A stretch of 64,000 bases of DNA, taken from Candidatus Microgenomates bacterium (GTDB lineage: Bacteria > Patescibacteriota > Microgenomatia > UBA8517). The DNA is taken from the NCBI GenBank assembly GCA_049519355.1, contig JBEKQV010000001.1:193-64192 (forward strand). The letters run 5' to 3'. Below, piece after piece: positions 39,089-49,763 of this stretch; position 1 is the first letter of the stretch; every line of letters starts with the position of its first letter. Made by a program: the position numbers and the translations under genes. Below the pieces are notes generated by a model. It made no database searches and had not been told where the DNA came from. It was given only the letters and a program-made list of their open reading frames with translations.

Positions 39089-40716
39089 GTCTTTTTCTTG
39101 ATAACATAGAGCATTCTAACACCTGTTGGTCCGTCAATTTTTTCTAACAGCAGACTATTGATATTCTCTTTAGGGTCACCAATATAAAGAACCGTTCCTT
39201 TAATACTATTCACAAAATCACCTACTAAGGTATCGGGTATATTGGTAATGTATACATTACCATATTTTCTAAATTTATATTCTCCAAAACTAAAGGGGTT
39301 TTGATTCTCGGCAATTACCTGTCTTGGATCGATTTTGTTATAGACGGGGTAGGCAAACTGAACGTTGTCGATCTTATCTGAAAGAAAAATGTAATCATAT
39401 TGGTTCTTATTAAAGTCAGCAATTTCAACTGCAGCTTGCGCCGGATACGACCAAAACTCATTATATTTAATAGGTAAAAGGAAATATAATTTATCCAACA
39501 GGAATACAAACTGAGCCAACCAAAAAACCGCAATTAATGCCAGAGATATCCTTCCGACAATCTTATTTCCGTTCCTTACAATCATCAGTAGTCCACAAGC
39601 GGACAAAAGAATCAAAGGCGGGAGCATAAAAGAATCTCTGAGAGCATGCGGAATTATAAGAAGAGCCGTCGCAATGGGCACAATGAGTATCCATGATACT
39701 AGAAAAACAAAGTGTTTCCGGTCCTTATTCCAAAGAGCAACAAGACCCACGAAGATTAGGACTGCATCTACTATATATAACTCTCCCGTTCCGGTCATAT
39801 TATGAACAGGATCTCCATCGCCTGAAATAAATAGGAAATCAAAGGATAAATTGTCTAAATACGCATCCCTTAAAGAAACAAAGTATTCAACAGGCTTATT
39901 ATGAAAAAGAGGCGACAATTTTTTCCCTATCGGGTCGATAGTTCTTTCCAGATTAACCTTTTGAAGTATCTGCTGGGCCGTATCATGATCAACAAAAATG
40001 TTGATACTCGTAAAACGCTGTTCAGAATTACCGAATAATGTTTGTTGGGCCGAAACGAGTACTGCGATAACTCCTACAGCCAAAGCCGCCATCTTTAACA
40101 AGCGGCCTCCTTTACTAAAAAAATCCTTTATAATTCCTCTATTGAACCACACCAAAAGTGGAAGAACTAAAAACAAAGTAAGTTTGTAAGTCGGATAAGT
40201 ATGTATTGCAAGTCCCCAGGCAAGTGCAAAACCCAAATAGTATTTCGGGCCGCGTTTGGCCAAAAGCAAAAATAAAAGCCCGAGGGTTGCCAATGTTAAG
40301 GCAAAATGCGCTTCAAAACCACCCCTGGAAAGCGATAGATCCCATGGTGAAATTGCAACCAAAAAACTCGCAATAAGCCCTACTTTTTCACCGAATAGCT
40401 CCTTTCCCAGAAAATACATAATCACAATGAGTCCCAGTCCCGAAAGAATTGAGAGAGCGCGTACTCCGAGAGCGGTTGGGCCAAAAATAGCTACAAAAGG
40501 AATTGAAAAATAGACATACCCAGCTGGCCGACCAGCACCCATTTCAAAAGTAATCGGCAAGAAATGTCCCAAAGTATCATGACCGGTTTTAAGAACAGAG
40601 TAAGCATCACCAACCAATGTTAACTCATCTCCGTATAGGGGAAGTTTTGTAACAAACAAAATTCTAAGAATCAAACCAAAAATCAAAATTAAACCCAAAA
40701 TTACTTTGTTTTTCAT
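39085..40716 (-). CDS. GT-C glycosyltransferase family A
   Basis: PLYGDELT..DAYSVLKTGHD, ISPW..LSRGGFE, PHALR. Confidence 0.85.
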   Translation of the reverse strand: MKNKVILGLILIFGLILRILFVTKLPLYGDELTLVGDAYSVLKTGHDTLGHFLPITFEMGAGRPAGYVYFSIPFVAIFGPTALGVRALSILSGLGLIVIMYFLGKELFGEKVGLIASFLVAISPWDLSLSRGGFEAHFALTLATLGLLFLLLAKRGPKYYLGFALAWGLAIHTYPTYKLTLFLVLPLLVWFNRGIIKDFFSKGGRLLKMAALAVGVIAVLVSAQQTLFGNSEQRFTSINIFVDHDTAQQILQKVNLERTIDPIGKKLSPLFHNKPVEYFVSLRDAYLDNLSFDFLFISGDGDPVHNMTGTGELYIVDAVLIFVGLVALWNKDRKHFVFLVSWILIVPIATALLIIPHALRDSFMLPPLILLSACGLLMIVRNGNKIVGRISLALIAVFWLAQFVFLLDKLYFLLPIKYNEFWSYPAQAAVEIADFNKNQYDYIFLSDKIDNVQFAYPVYNKIDPRQVIAENQNPFSFGEYKFRKYGNVYITNIPDTLVGDFVNSIKGTVLYIGDPKENINSLLLEKIDGPTGVRMLYVIKKKT

Positions 40717-42728
40717 TACTTTATTTTAAAAATATCCACCTCGGTGTTGCTAAATACTTTTTCTAATTCCAACTTGGAATAATTAATTCCTGACTCTTCA
40801 CTTTTATTTAAGTATATATAATTCACCTTGTAGTTGCTCATAAGTACACTAAATTTACTGCCAGTTTTATCATTAAATGCAGAATCGCGTACCGTTTGAA
40901 GAGATGTAAAGTTATATCCCATTATGTCAATTTGCTGTGTATCGGAAATTAATGTTCTTCTTCCGGAAAGTGCCGCGACATAACCTGTATCGCTCCAATC
41001 ATAAATCGGAATCGGAGGGATACTACTACTCGCCGTATTATATTGATTAAACGGAGCCGTCAGGATAACAGAATCGGGATTAGTAGTTTTCAAAAAGGTC
41101 AAAGCCGAAAGCTCGGCGGCACTAACTTCGGCAAGGGGTTTATTCGCGTAAAATTGCCAGAGAAGACCAAATGTCGTTGGTATCGCCAAAACTATAACAA
41201 TAAAGGAAATGGTAATTTTTGCAAACTTATTTTTTAGTTTATCCATTAATCTTCCTATTAAAATTGCGGCAATATAACCGAAAAGTAGAAGAAAATATTG
41301 AGAAAACTGTATTGAATTATAAACTACTCCCCTCTGAAGAAAAATCAAAGGAATTACAAAACCAATTAAAGCTGCCGTATAAACAAAAACATTTATAGAC
41401 TTTTTAATTTCGCCTTTTATAAAATCTCCAACTATTTTTGCAAATCCGATAACCCTCATTCCCAAATTCCCTACCAAATAAATCAAAAAGGCAGTTCCCT
41501 CTAGCTGGGCGACTCTCAAATAGGAAGTAAAGCGGCCAACAGCAAGATATGTCTGTCTTCTAAGTTCCCAATCAAGAAGACCCAAATTAACAACCACCAT
41601 TGTTCTTATAAACCACCATGGTTGGTAAATAACAAAACTGGCAGTCCCCGAAGAATTAGGAAAATAGAGAACAGAAGAAATTGCTAGGACTATTCCGAAA
41701 AACAGAATCAGTGGATATCTTTTCTTAAAGACAAGCTCATAAATTCCCAAAATTAGAAGCGACCCCAAAATAATTAGCCCTCCGTAGACTTTAAATTCAA
41801 TGGCAACTCCTCCCAAAAGTCCGGCCAAAATCAAATAGGAATTTTGTCTTAACCGCAAATATTTAAGAAGTAATAAGAGAAAGCCTGTCATAATTATAAA
41901 ATCAGCCGCTTGAGGAGGGTTGCCCAGAACTGAAGGCGTCTGGTTCATCCAAAAAATTGTTTCCCCTCCGATTGTCCTATTTTGAATCCAGGTTACGATA
42001 TAACCAAAACTCCCGGCGAAATAGGTAAAAAACATTGCCCAAAGACCTGCTTTTTCACTTTTCGACCAGGAGCGGACAAAAGCAAAACTTGAAAGTCCCA
42101 AAAGAAGTGAAAACAAAACCGGAAAGAAGCGAAAGTAAACATCAAGGTCGGTAAAATGAAACATTCTTGAAAAATCGGACATTAAAAGATCAACAAAGAA
42201 ATGGTAGTTTTGCAAAACGTGTCCAGCAAACTCCGGATCCTGAAAAGGAAATATGCTTCTTTTCATTTCCTCCATAAGAGCTATATGCCACATTCCATCC
42301 CTTCCTTGCGCGCTCCAAAAAAGAAGGTTCCCCGAAAAGTTAAATCCGGATGGTGCATTAACTGCAACTTGAGTAACTATACCCAAAAATATAATCACGA
42401 TAAAACCAATCAAACTCCATTTATTAAAAAGCAATCTATCCTGTAAAAAAATAGTTTTAAAATCCCCCAATAAGAAAAATAAACCGAGTACCGGAAATAT
42501 CCATAATATAAATCTAATGTGAAGAATAATTGATATGTAAGATATAAGAGTAAATAGAGCAATTCCTAATATTGTAGACAGAGTATATTTTTCAAGATTA
42601 TTTTGAAGATTAATTTTAAATAATTTTAATAAATTAAAACCCGGAGTTGTAAAAACAATTAAAGTTATAAACAAAAATAATACCAGCCATATTAAATCGG
42701 TAAAAATATTAATTAACATTTGAATCAA
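40716..42728 (-). CDS. GT-C family C; STT3/AglB-like C-terminal domain
   Basis: FWSAQGRDGMWHIALMEE, NYHF..D, FKVYG, IQF..Y; ALTFLK...SVIL...WSDTGYVAALSGRRT; VNYIYL...VFSNTEVDIFKI. Confidence 0.7.
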   Translation of the reverse strand: MIQMLINIFTDLIWLVLFLFITLIVFTTPGFNLLKLFKINLQNNLEKYTLSTILGIALFTLISYISIILHIRFILWIFPVLGLFFLLGDFKTIFLQDRLLFNKWSLIGFIVIIFLGIVTQVAVNAPSGFNFSGNLLFWSAQGRDGMWHIALMEEMKRSIFPFQDPEFAGHVLQNYHFFVDLLMSDFSRMFHFTDLDVYFRFFPVLFSLLLGLSSFAFVRSWSKSEKAGLWAMFFTYFAGSFGYIVTWIQNRTIGGETIFWMNQTPSVLGNPPQAADFIIMTGFLLLLLKYLRLRQNSYLILAGLLGGVAIEFKVYGGLIILGSLLILGIYELVFKKRYPLILFFGIVLAISSVLYFPNSSGTASFVIYQPWWFIRTMVVVNLGLLDWELRRQTYLAVGRFTSYLRVAQLEGTAFLIYLVGNLGMRVIGFAKIVGDFIKGEIKKSINVFVYTAALIGFVIPLIFLQRGVVYNSIQFSQYFLLLFGYIAAILIGRLMDKLKNKFAKITISFIVIVLAIPTTFGLLWQFYANKPLAEVSAAELSALTFLKTTNPDSVILTAPFNQYNTASSSIPPIPIYDWSDTGYVAALSGRRTLISDTQQIDIMGYNFTSLQTVRDSAFNDKTGSKFSVLMSNYKVNYIYLNKSEESGINYSKLELEKVFSNTEVDIFKIK

Positions 42729-44746
42729 TCAACTTTATAGATATCTACTTCAGGATTACTATACACTTTGACCATCCCGCTTAGCGAAGGGTTAAATGTT
42801 TCCGTATGCCCGTTATCTATAATTGTGTCCTGAGATTTGGGTATATATATAAAACGGACGTTTTCCTGTTTTAAAAATTCCGTATTGTATGCCACATCAT
42901 TTTTATAAAAAAATTCATTTTCGTTTGCCAGCCTCTGATCCACCGGAAAGTTGGTCTGACGAGCCATATCCTCATCTGACAAATACGTAACTCTATCCGT
43001 CAACGAAGAAACATATCCGGTACTTGACCAGGCGTAAATTGGCAGGGGGTTGGTTTTGTAATTGTATTTTAAGCCGTCACTAAACGGTGGAGCAAGAATT
43101 ATATCGTTAGGCTGTGAGTTATCTTTCAGAAAATTCAAAGCTACCAATTCATTTGGGCTTATTTTTGCATTGGGTGCGCTTCCGTAAAACTCCACAAAGT
43201 TACCAATAACCGTAGGGACGGACAACACAACCAGAAGAATAATTATTGCTATTTTTACACCAATATGTTTAACCTTACTTAATAAGTCAAAAGTAAAAAT
43301 TGCTGCATAAAAACCGGTAAATAAAAGGACATACTGCATAAACTGAATAATATTTGAGGCCACACCCTTTTGCAGAAAAAGCATCGGAATTACAAATGCG
43401 ACGAAAGTTGCACTCAACATAAACGCATCAATGGGACTATCTAAAATTTTGGATTTAAACTTAACAAGCTTTTGGGCAATAACCGGCAATCCGGCAATCC
43501 GCATTCCCAAATTCCCAACCACAAAAATTAAAAGTGCAGCACCCTCATACTCCACCACCCTCAAATAAGAGGTAACTCTTCCAACTGAAAGATAGGTTTG
43601 TACCCTTCGAACCCAATCAAGAAGACCCAACTTTTCTGTAAGCATCGTGGTGATAAACCACCAAGGTTGAAAGATTAAATAAGATGCAGCATCTTTTGAA
43701 ACCAGCTTGACAGTTATAAGATTCGTAACAAGAATTGCGAGAAATAAAAACGCGTAATTAAACTTTTTCTCTCTGATTATTTGAAATAGAGATACAGTTC
43801 CCATTCCGGCCAAAAGAACTACTCCTCCGGATATCTTAAACCCAGCGATAACCGATCCAATCAAAAAACAAATAAAAAACCAGCTTTTGGATTTCGACTT
43901 CGTAAAAAGAAGAAATGATAATAAAAATGCACACAAAAGGATTATTGCTGAGGCATGAGGCGGATTAGCAACAACCGTATTAAGTTGGGACACCCAGAAA
44001 GCCGTTTCACCACCGAAGATCTTTCCGGAATTTAAATAAGTTACAATAAATCCGAAACTGCCGACAAAATAAGTAAAGAAAACGGACCAGTAACCAATCA
44101 GTTTATTCTTCCATCTATTCATAAACGAATAAACTGAAATACCCATAAGGAAAGAAAAAAGCACAGGGAAAAAACGGAAATAAAGATCCAAGGGAGAAAA
44201 GAAACTATAAATACGGTTATATTCCCCCATCAAAATATCCACCAGATAATGATAATTTTGTAAATAAGTTCCGGAAAAAGCAGGCATTAGAGGTGGAATA
44301 TTTTTAACAATCGCCTCCATCAGAGAAATATGCCAAAAACCGTCAAACCCCTGAGAGCTCCAAAAGAGGAGTCCGTCCTTGTATAAATAACCGCTTGGAA
44401 AACTAATAAAGCCTTGGACCAAAATCCCAACAAAAACTAATGCCAAAAGAACAGGGTTTTTGAAAAATTCTTTCCATGGCACTAAAAGTTTTAATTTGTA
44501 TTTATAAATTGAAAATAGATTAACTCCGGCTATAAGAAAAACCATTAAAAACCGTGCTTTAATGAGAGCCAGAAACACTGCAAGCAAAACAAAAACAACA
44601 ATTGAAAGAGCAAAAGATAAAGTTATAATTTCGATCCCGTTAAGTTTTTGTGTATTCTTATTAAGCAGCAAATATCCTAACGGATAAAAAGAAAACCAAG
44701 TTAAAAAAATAAATATTATAAATAAAGCGATTGTTTGAAAAATCAT
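42725..44746 (-). CDS. GT-C family C; STT3/AglB-like C-terminal domain
   Basis: FWSSQGFDGFWHISLMEA, NYHY..D, ALNFLKDN...WSSTGYVSSLTDRVT, VYSNPEVDIYKV. Start adjusted to the ATGA overlap. Confidence 0.7.
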   Translation of the reverse strand: MIFQTIALFIIFIFLTWFSFYPLGYLLLNKNTQKLNGIEIITLSFALSIVVFVLLAVFLALIKARFLMVFLIAGVNLFSIYKYKLKLLVPWKEFFKNPVLLALVFVGILVQGFISFPSGYLYKDGLLFWSSQGFDGFWHISLMEAIVKNIPPLMPAFSGTYLQNYHYLVDILMGEYNRIYSFFSPLDLYFRFFPVLFSFLMGISVYSFMNRWKNKLIGYWSVFFTYFVGSFGFIVTYLNSGKIFGGETAFWVSQLNTVVANPPHASAIILLCAFLLSFLLFTKSKSKSWFFICFLIGSVIAGFKISGGVVLLAGMGTVSLFQIIREKKFNYAFLFLAILVTNLITVKLVSKDAASYLIFQPWWFITTMLTEKLGLLDWVRRVQTYLSVGRVTSYLRVVEYEGAALLIFVVGNLGMRIAGLPVIAQKLVKFKSKILDSPIDAFMLSATFVAFVIPMLFLQKGVASNIIQFMQYVLLFTGFYAAIFTFDLLSKVKHIGVKIAIIILLVVLSVPTVIGNFVEFYGSAPNAKISPNELVALNFLKDNSQPNDIILAPPFSDGLKYNYKTNPLPIYAWSSTGYVSSLTDRVTYLSDEDMARQTNFPVDQRLANENEFFYKNDVAYNTEFLKQENVRFIYIPKSQDTIIDNGHTETFNPSLSGMVKVYSNPEVDIYKVD

Positions 44747-46395
44747 TGTTTTGACCGAACCGCAAGTCCAAGACAGAATAAGAATGTGCAAAGAGACAGG
44801 ATATCCAGTATCGTGTTTAAAATCGTTTCGCGGAAAAAGATATTTATCACATGAGTTCCGGCCGGAATATTGATAGTAATTTGCCCAAAAGGTGCACCTG
44901 AAGACAGTTGGACACTTTTACCGTCAACGGTAGCATTCCAACCGGGAAAATTGTATTTACTGTAATTAAGAGTAAACGACTTGGTGGAATCTGTTCGAAT
45001 AACAGAAGCCAGAGATGTTGCCGCAACAATATTTTTAATTTCACTGCCACTCGTGTAAGCAATTGGGTAGTCTTTAGTGGGTCGCACTTCTGTTGCTTCG
45101 GGCAATCGCAAATATTCCTCATCCTGAGTTAGATACGCCGGTAAGACAACAGGAACGGGAATGTAACGTGCCAAATAATAGGAGTCTGTTCTTTCAAGAT
45201 AATCTTGAGGATGAAAATAACTTATGGTTGTAACAATCGTCAATATTCCAATACCCAAGGCAATCCAAACTCTAAACTTAATGTCATTAAGACCTAAAAG
45301 AAATATTGGGGAGATAAAGACCACCATTGTAAGAAATCTCCATGGAAACTGAAAATAAGGTAAAAGCGGAACTAGATTCCAGATAAAAGTTGAACGTATA
45401 TTCATCATAAAGAGAGAGATAAGTAAAGTTATCAAGGCCCATAAAAATATAATCCGGTTTTCTTGGTTTATTTTCCTAAAAAGAAGAATCAGGAAAATGC
45501 TTCCCAAAATAATAGAGACAAAAGCAGCAAAACCAATAAAAAATGACATTGTTGGAAAACCACCGTAACCAAAATAAGGAGTGATCAATCGTTTAACTGG
45601 AAGAAAATAATCCTGAAAATCATAGACAGTACTGTATTTAAGCAACGAACTTTGAGTTAAAGCAGGAAACCAAAAATAAAGACTTCCTAAAGCACCCAAA
45701 AGAAACATCAAGATAAAATTAACAACTCTTTTTATACGGTCCGGTTTAATAAAGACTAAAAACAAAATCCCCAAAAGAACGGCAAAAGGTAAAAACATAT
45801 AAGCGGCAATGTCATGCGTCAAAACCAATAACGCCACAGAAATTCCACCCAAACCGATATAACGCCATCTATTTTTTGTATTGCCCTTTGTAAGTTCAAA
45901 AACCGAAAGTGAAATTAGCGGAAAAAATACAAAACTGAAAGCCTCTCCAATATCCCCTCTTACATAAATCTCAGTTGAACGGTAAGGTAAATATCCGTAA
46001 ATTAGGGATCCAACCAAACTTAAATCGGACTTCATAAACTTCTTCAAAAAGGCAAACATAAACGCAACAGAAAGAGGAATGCCCAGGAAAAGAACTGCCT
46101 TTGTACTGCCTACTAGAGAAAGTCCTTCCAAATGAAATATCTCTCCCAAATAAAAAGGGAAAGGATAAATAAAATTAAAAAGCGGATAGCCGAAACCAAA
46201 ACTCAAGTCGGGTACAAAACGCGGAGGAAAAATTCCGGCTTTTAAAACTCTATCCATCTCATAAAGCCATGCAGGGTGCAAATCATCTGAAGCGCCATAA
46301 AAACCCAGATGCAAAAGAGCAAGAACCGTAGGAATGGCGAGAATCAAAGCCAAAAGCCAACCGTACTTATTTAAAAACTTTTCGAATTTTCCCAT
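44743..46395 (-). CDS. GT-C family D ('6-pyruvoyl-tetrahydropterin synthase-related'/YfhO-like membrane protein)
   Basis: SDDLH..WLYEM, PDLSFGFGYPLFNF, RGDIGE, THD, QFPWRFL, FPGW...VDGK; start adjusted. Confidence 0.78.
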   Translation of the reverse strand: MGKFEKFLNKYGWLLALILAIPTVLALLHLGFYGASDDLHPAWLYEMDRVLKAGIFPPRFVPDLSFGFGYPLFNFIYPFPFYLGEIFHLEGLSLVGSTKAVLFLGIPLSVAFMFAFLKKFMKSDLSLVGSLIYGYLPYRSTEIYVRGDIGEAFSFVFFPLISLSVFELTKGNTKNRWRYIGLGGISVALLVLTHDIAAYMFLPFAVLLGILFLVFIKPDRIKRVVNFILMFLLGALGSLYFWFPALTQSSLLKYSTVYDFQDYFLPVKRLITPYFGYGGFPTMSFFIGFAAFVSIILGSIFLILLFRKINQENRIIFLWALITLLISLFMMNIRSTFIWNLVPLLPYFQFPWRFLTMVVFISPIFLLGLNDIKFRVWIALGIGILTIVTTISYFHPQDYLERTDSYYLARYIPVPVVLPAYLTQDEEYLRLPEATEVRPTKDYPIAYTSGSEIKNIVAATSLASVIRTDSTKSFTLNYSKYNFPGWNATVDGKSVQLSSGAPFGQITINIPAGTHVINIFFRETILNTILDILSLCTFLFCLGLAVRSKQ

Positions 46396-48043
46396 ATAAA
46401 AGGTAGAACAAAAAAAGCACAAAGCTCAAAACGGAAATAATATTTGCAAAAGTTCTAATCGGCGTATTTTTGAAAGCTCCTTTAACCTTGTAAGTTCCGG
46501 GGGGGAGTTTAATCTCAATTCTTCCGATGTCACCCAAGGAATGGGTATAAACCTTACCGTTAACTGTTACTTCCCAATTGGGGAAATAAAAAACCGGGAC
46601 ATCAATCACCGAGTTGATTTTGACAGCGGCGGAAAAGCTAAATCTGTTTGATTTCTCTATAAAATTGGATATTTCACTGTTCCCCGAAAGTAATAAAGGA
46701 TTACTCGGAGCCGGCTCAACAGGCACTGTAGCGGTCACAGGAAGGTAATCAGTTATTGATCCGCCCTCTTGCAAAAGCCACGATTCTCCAGTCAGTTTTG
46801 TTGCATCGGTTACGTTTGATTCAAAATTCTGCGGTCTAAAATATTGCCAATTTAGGACTACTGTCAAAATCACAATTAGCGCCGCAAGAAAGTTAACATA
46901 TTTCCATCTTATTGCCGAAATACAGTAACCCCCAAGGAGACTTGCCGAAAAAATACTAACCGATAAAAACCTCCAAGGAAACTGTACGTAGGCAAGAATA
47001 CCGATTCTTTCCCAGATAAATGTAGATTTATTGTGAATCATAAAAACGGAAAAGCAAAAAGCTGCGACAAGAAAAACTGGCATTAAATACTTTTTGATGT
47101 TTTCTATCTTTACCGACTTGGCCAGACCAAGTGTGATCAATATTACCGAAAGAATAACAAGCCACCAGTGAGGCCAACCGATTTGGAAGGACATATCACT
47201 CTCCATGCTTTTGGTTGCACCCGTATAACCCCATGATCTATCAACAAATAATCTTCCGACTGAAATAAAGTGATTACGCCAGTCCAATGCAAATATGGTT
47301 AACGTGTTGGTTTGAACCAAATTCTTCTCAAAATATGCGGGAAGGAGGAAAAATGCAGCCATACCAAAACCAAACAATAAACTTAAAATAAGTGTTTTGA
47401 AATTTTTCCAATTCTTCAAATATAGTATTAAGAGTAACCAAACCACAAAAACCGGAGTGAAAAGAAGCGTCATTATATTGTGGGAGGTTAGGAAGAATAA
47501 CAACGAAAGCGATGTACCGATAAAATCAGCGGATTTTCCTCTTTTGATGAGTCTCAAACTGAAATAAAAAACCAGTGGAATAATGGCAATTGCAAAACTT
47601 TCCGCTATTGCTCCCCTAACATAAGTGTCGAGGGCTCTATATGGTGCGAACAAAAATAAAATCCCGGCAACAAATCCTGCTTTAGTTCCAAAAAGTTCCT
47701 TTCCCAAAAAATACATAGAAATTCCACCCAGAAGTAAAGGAATAAAGAACAAAGCTTTAGCCGAATTAATGTAGCTGAGGATAAAACTAAAAACCGCACC
47801 CAAATAGTACGGAAAAACTCCGTAATAATTAAAAAGAGGAAAACCATTTCCGTAACCCATATCGGGAACCCACCTGCATGGAAGCTGCAGGTCCGCAAAG
47901 CATTTTCTCATTTCAAAAATCCTTATAACCTGCAAATCGTCCTGATGAGGAAAATAACCCTTCATAAATAAGGGCCAGAGCACTAGTCCCGATAAAACCA
48001 CAATCACCCAAAGCCAAATATCTTCTTTAATGAATTTTTTCAT
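46367..48043 (-). CDS. GT-C family D (PTPS-related/YfhO-like)
   Basis: QDDLQVIRIFEM, RWVPDMGYGNGFPLFNYY, RGAIAE, SHN, QFPWRFL, FPNW..VNGK; start adjusted. Confidence 0.78.
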   Translation of the reverse strand: MKKFIKEDIWLWVIVVLSGLVLWPLFMKGYFPHQDDLQVIRIFEMRKCFADLQLPCRWVPDMGYGNGFPLFNYYGVFPYYLGAVFSFILSYINSAKALFFIPLLLGGISMYFLGKELFGTKAGFVAGILFLFAPYRALDTYVRGAIAESFAIAIIPLVFYFSLRLIKRGKSADFIGTSLSLLFFLTSHNIMTLLFTPVFVVWLLLILYLKNWKNFKTLILSLLFGFGMAAFFLLPAYFEKNLVQTNTLTIFALDWRNHFISVGRLFVDRSWGYTGATKSMESDMSFQIGWPHWWLVILSVILITLGLAKSVKIENIKKYLMPVFLVAAFCFSVFMIHNKSTFIWERIGILAYVQFPWRFLSVSIFSASLLGGYCISAIRWKYVNFLAALIVILTVVLNWQYFRPQNFESNVTDATKLTGESWLLQEGGSITDYLPVTATVPVEPAPSNPLLLSGNSEISNFIEKSNRFSFSAAVKINSVIDVPVFYFPNWEVTVNGKVYTHSLGDIGRIEIKLPPGTYKVKGAFKNTPIRTFANIISVLSFVLFLFYLLYGKIRKVFK

Positions 48044-49757
48044 TTTTCTTTTTGATAACCAAAAGGGCAGCAACCGTGACAAGAGATATTACCGACAGCC
48101 AGTTTCCGATTTTTCTCACTGGGGTATCTGTCAGCCTAACATCAATCGTGTGAGTCCCACTTGGAACTTCAAAAGTGATTAACCCCAAACAAAAACTTTC
48201 TCCCATACAATTATTGTTAACATGACTTACTTTTTGTCCATCGATTTTGGTAACCATTCCCGGAAAATCAAACAAGGGGAGTCTAATCAATGCTTCCTTT
48301 TTAACATTGATTATTCCTTTCTGAAAATCACTCCCTTTAGAATAACTCGAAAAGTTAGCGCTTCCTTGAAGAATTTCCGGCCGATTCGGAGCGGGAGAAA
48401 TCGGTGGAAACTTTGCATATATTGGCAGATAGTCAAAAATACTAATCGTAAGTTCTTTTTGCCACGATACGCCTGAGAATTTGTCCGCGTCGGTAATATT
48501 TTCCCAACTTTTCGGAACAAAATACCCCACAGTAAGAATAAACGAAATCAAAACAATTATTAACCCAATCCAAACTTTGAACTTTGGAATCAGGAAAATT
48601 CCGATTCCGGCAAGTATAGACAGAAGGAAAATACTGACCGCCAAAAATCTCCAGGGGAATTGAAGCCAAGCCAGCATCGGAATAGCGCTCCAAATAAAAC
48701 TGGACTTTACATGAATCATAAAAAGCGTAAAGAGTTCAACCATTCCCAAAATCAAAGCGAGAAAAACGTAATCTTTCTTTTTCTTTTTTATGAAAATATA
48801 GAAAGAACTAATCCCTAACGTAATTATTCCAAAAATCCATTGAATAATACCGGTTGAAAGATTCAATTTTTCGTTCGGAAAACCTGAAGATCCATATCCC
48901 CACTCCCTAGAAATAAACAGTCTATAAAGATTTACAAAATGTTGCTGGTAGCCAAAATATCCTTCCAAAAGTGTTTCCGTATGTGCATATTGCCTTTCAA
49001 AAATTACCGGCAAAACATAAAACGCTGCAAACCCAATCCCCAAAAGCACCCCGGCAATAACTTTGTATATTTCTTTCAGCTTCTTTTCTCTTATTAGCCA
49101 ATAGATAGTCCAAACGATTGCCGGAATAGAAAAGATCATTGCCATTAATAAATGTGTCGTAAGAAGTAAACCCAAAGATAAGCCGAGAAGTGCAATATAT
49201 TTTGCCTTCGAAGTTTTAATCAATTTATATACAGCCCAAAAAACTAACGGGAAAAACACTAATGACCAAAACTCACTCAAATCACCCCTGACAAAAACTT
49301 CAACAGCTTTATAAGGAACATAGGTATAAACGAGGGCCGAAACAAAACCCGAAAAATTATCCAAAAAATCACTGACCAAAAGAAACATTACCAGTGCAGA
49401 AAGAGTATAGCCAAGGGCGAAAAGTATTTTTACGGTGTCGATAAATTGGAATCCGACTTTATGAAAAATTTCTCCAAGATAGTAAACACTGGGAGGATAA
49501 TAATTAAATTGCGGGTATCCATATTGGTATCCGGCGTCAGGAACCCACCTGCAAGGAATCTGGAAATCCTGAAAACATTTATCCATCTCATAAACCCTAA
49601 AAGCCTGAAGATCATCCTGCATAGGGAAAAATCCGGATCTAACCAGACTGGAAAACGTAGGAATTGTGAATAGAACAATTAAAATTACCCAAAATAATTT
49701 CTTTTTTGAATAGAATCCAAGTTTTTCCTTAAGATTCCCGAATATTTTAGATATCAT
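48027..49757 (-). CDS. GT-C family D (PTPS-related/YfhO-like)
   Basis: QDDLQAFRVYEM, RWVPDAGYQYGYPQFNYY, RGDLSE, QFPWRFL, FPG...IDG. Confidence 0.78.
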   Translation of the reverse strand: MISKIFGNLKEKLGFYSKKKLFWVILIVLFTIPTFSSLVRSGFFPMQDDLQAFRVYEMDKCFQDFQIPCRWVPDAGYQYGYPQFNYYPPSVYYLGEIFHKVGFQFIDTVKILFALGYTLSALVMFLLVSDFLDNFSGFVSALVYTYVPYKAVEVFVRGDLSEFWSLVFFPLVFWAVYKLIKTSKAKYIALLGLSLGLLLTTHLLMAMIFSIPAIVWTIYWLIREKKLKEIYKVIAGVLLGIGFAAFYVLPVIFERQYAHTETLLEGYFGYQQHFVNLYRLFISREWGYGSSGFPNEKLNLSTGIIQWIFGIITLGISSFYIFIKKKKKDYVFLALILGMVELFTLFMIHVKSSFIWSAIPMLAWLQFPWRFLAVSIFLLSILAGIGIFLIPKFKVWIGLIIVLISFILTVGYFVPKSWENITDADKFSGVSWQKELTISIFDYLPIYAKFPPISPAPNRPEILQGSANFSSYSKGSDFQKGIINVKKEALIRLPLFDFPGMVTKIDGQKVSHVNNNCMGESFCLGLITFEVPSGTHTIDVRLTDTPVRKIGNWLSVISLVTVAALLVIKKKNEKIH

Positions 49758-49763
49758 TTTCTT

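Noticed and set aside
46499-46505. G7 tract (and A9 tracts at 12180-12188 and 38618-38626) as phase-variation sites
   Set aside because: Short, all ORFs are in frame, and such runs are expected in AT-rich, Phe/Lys-rich genes.
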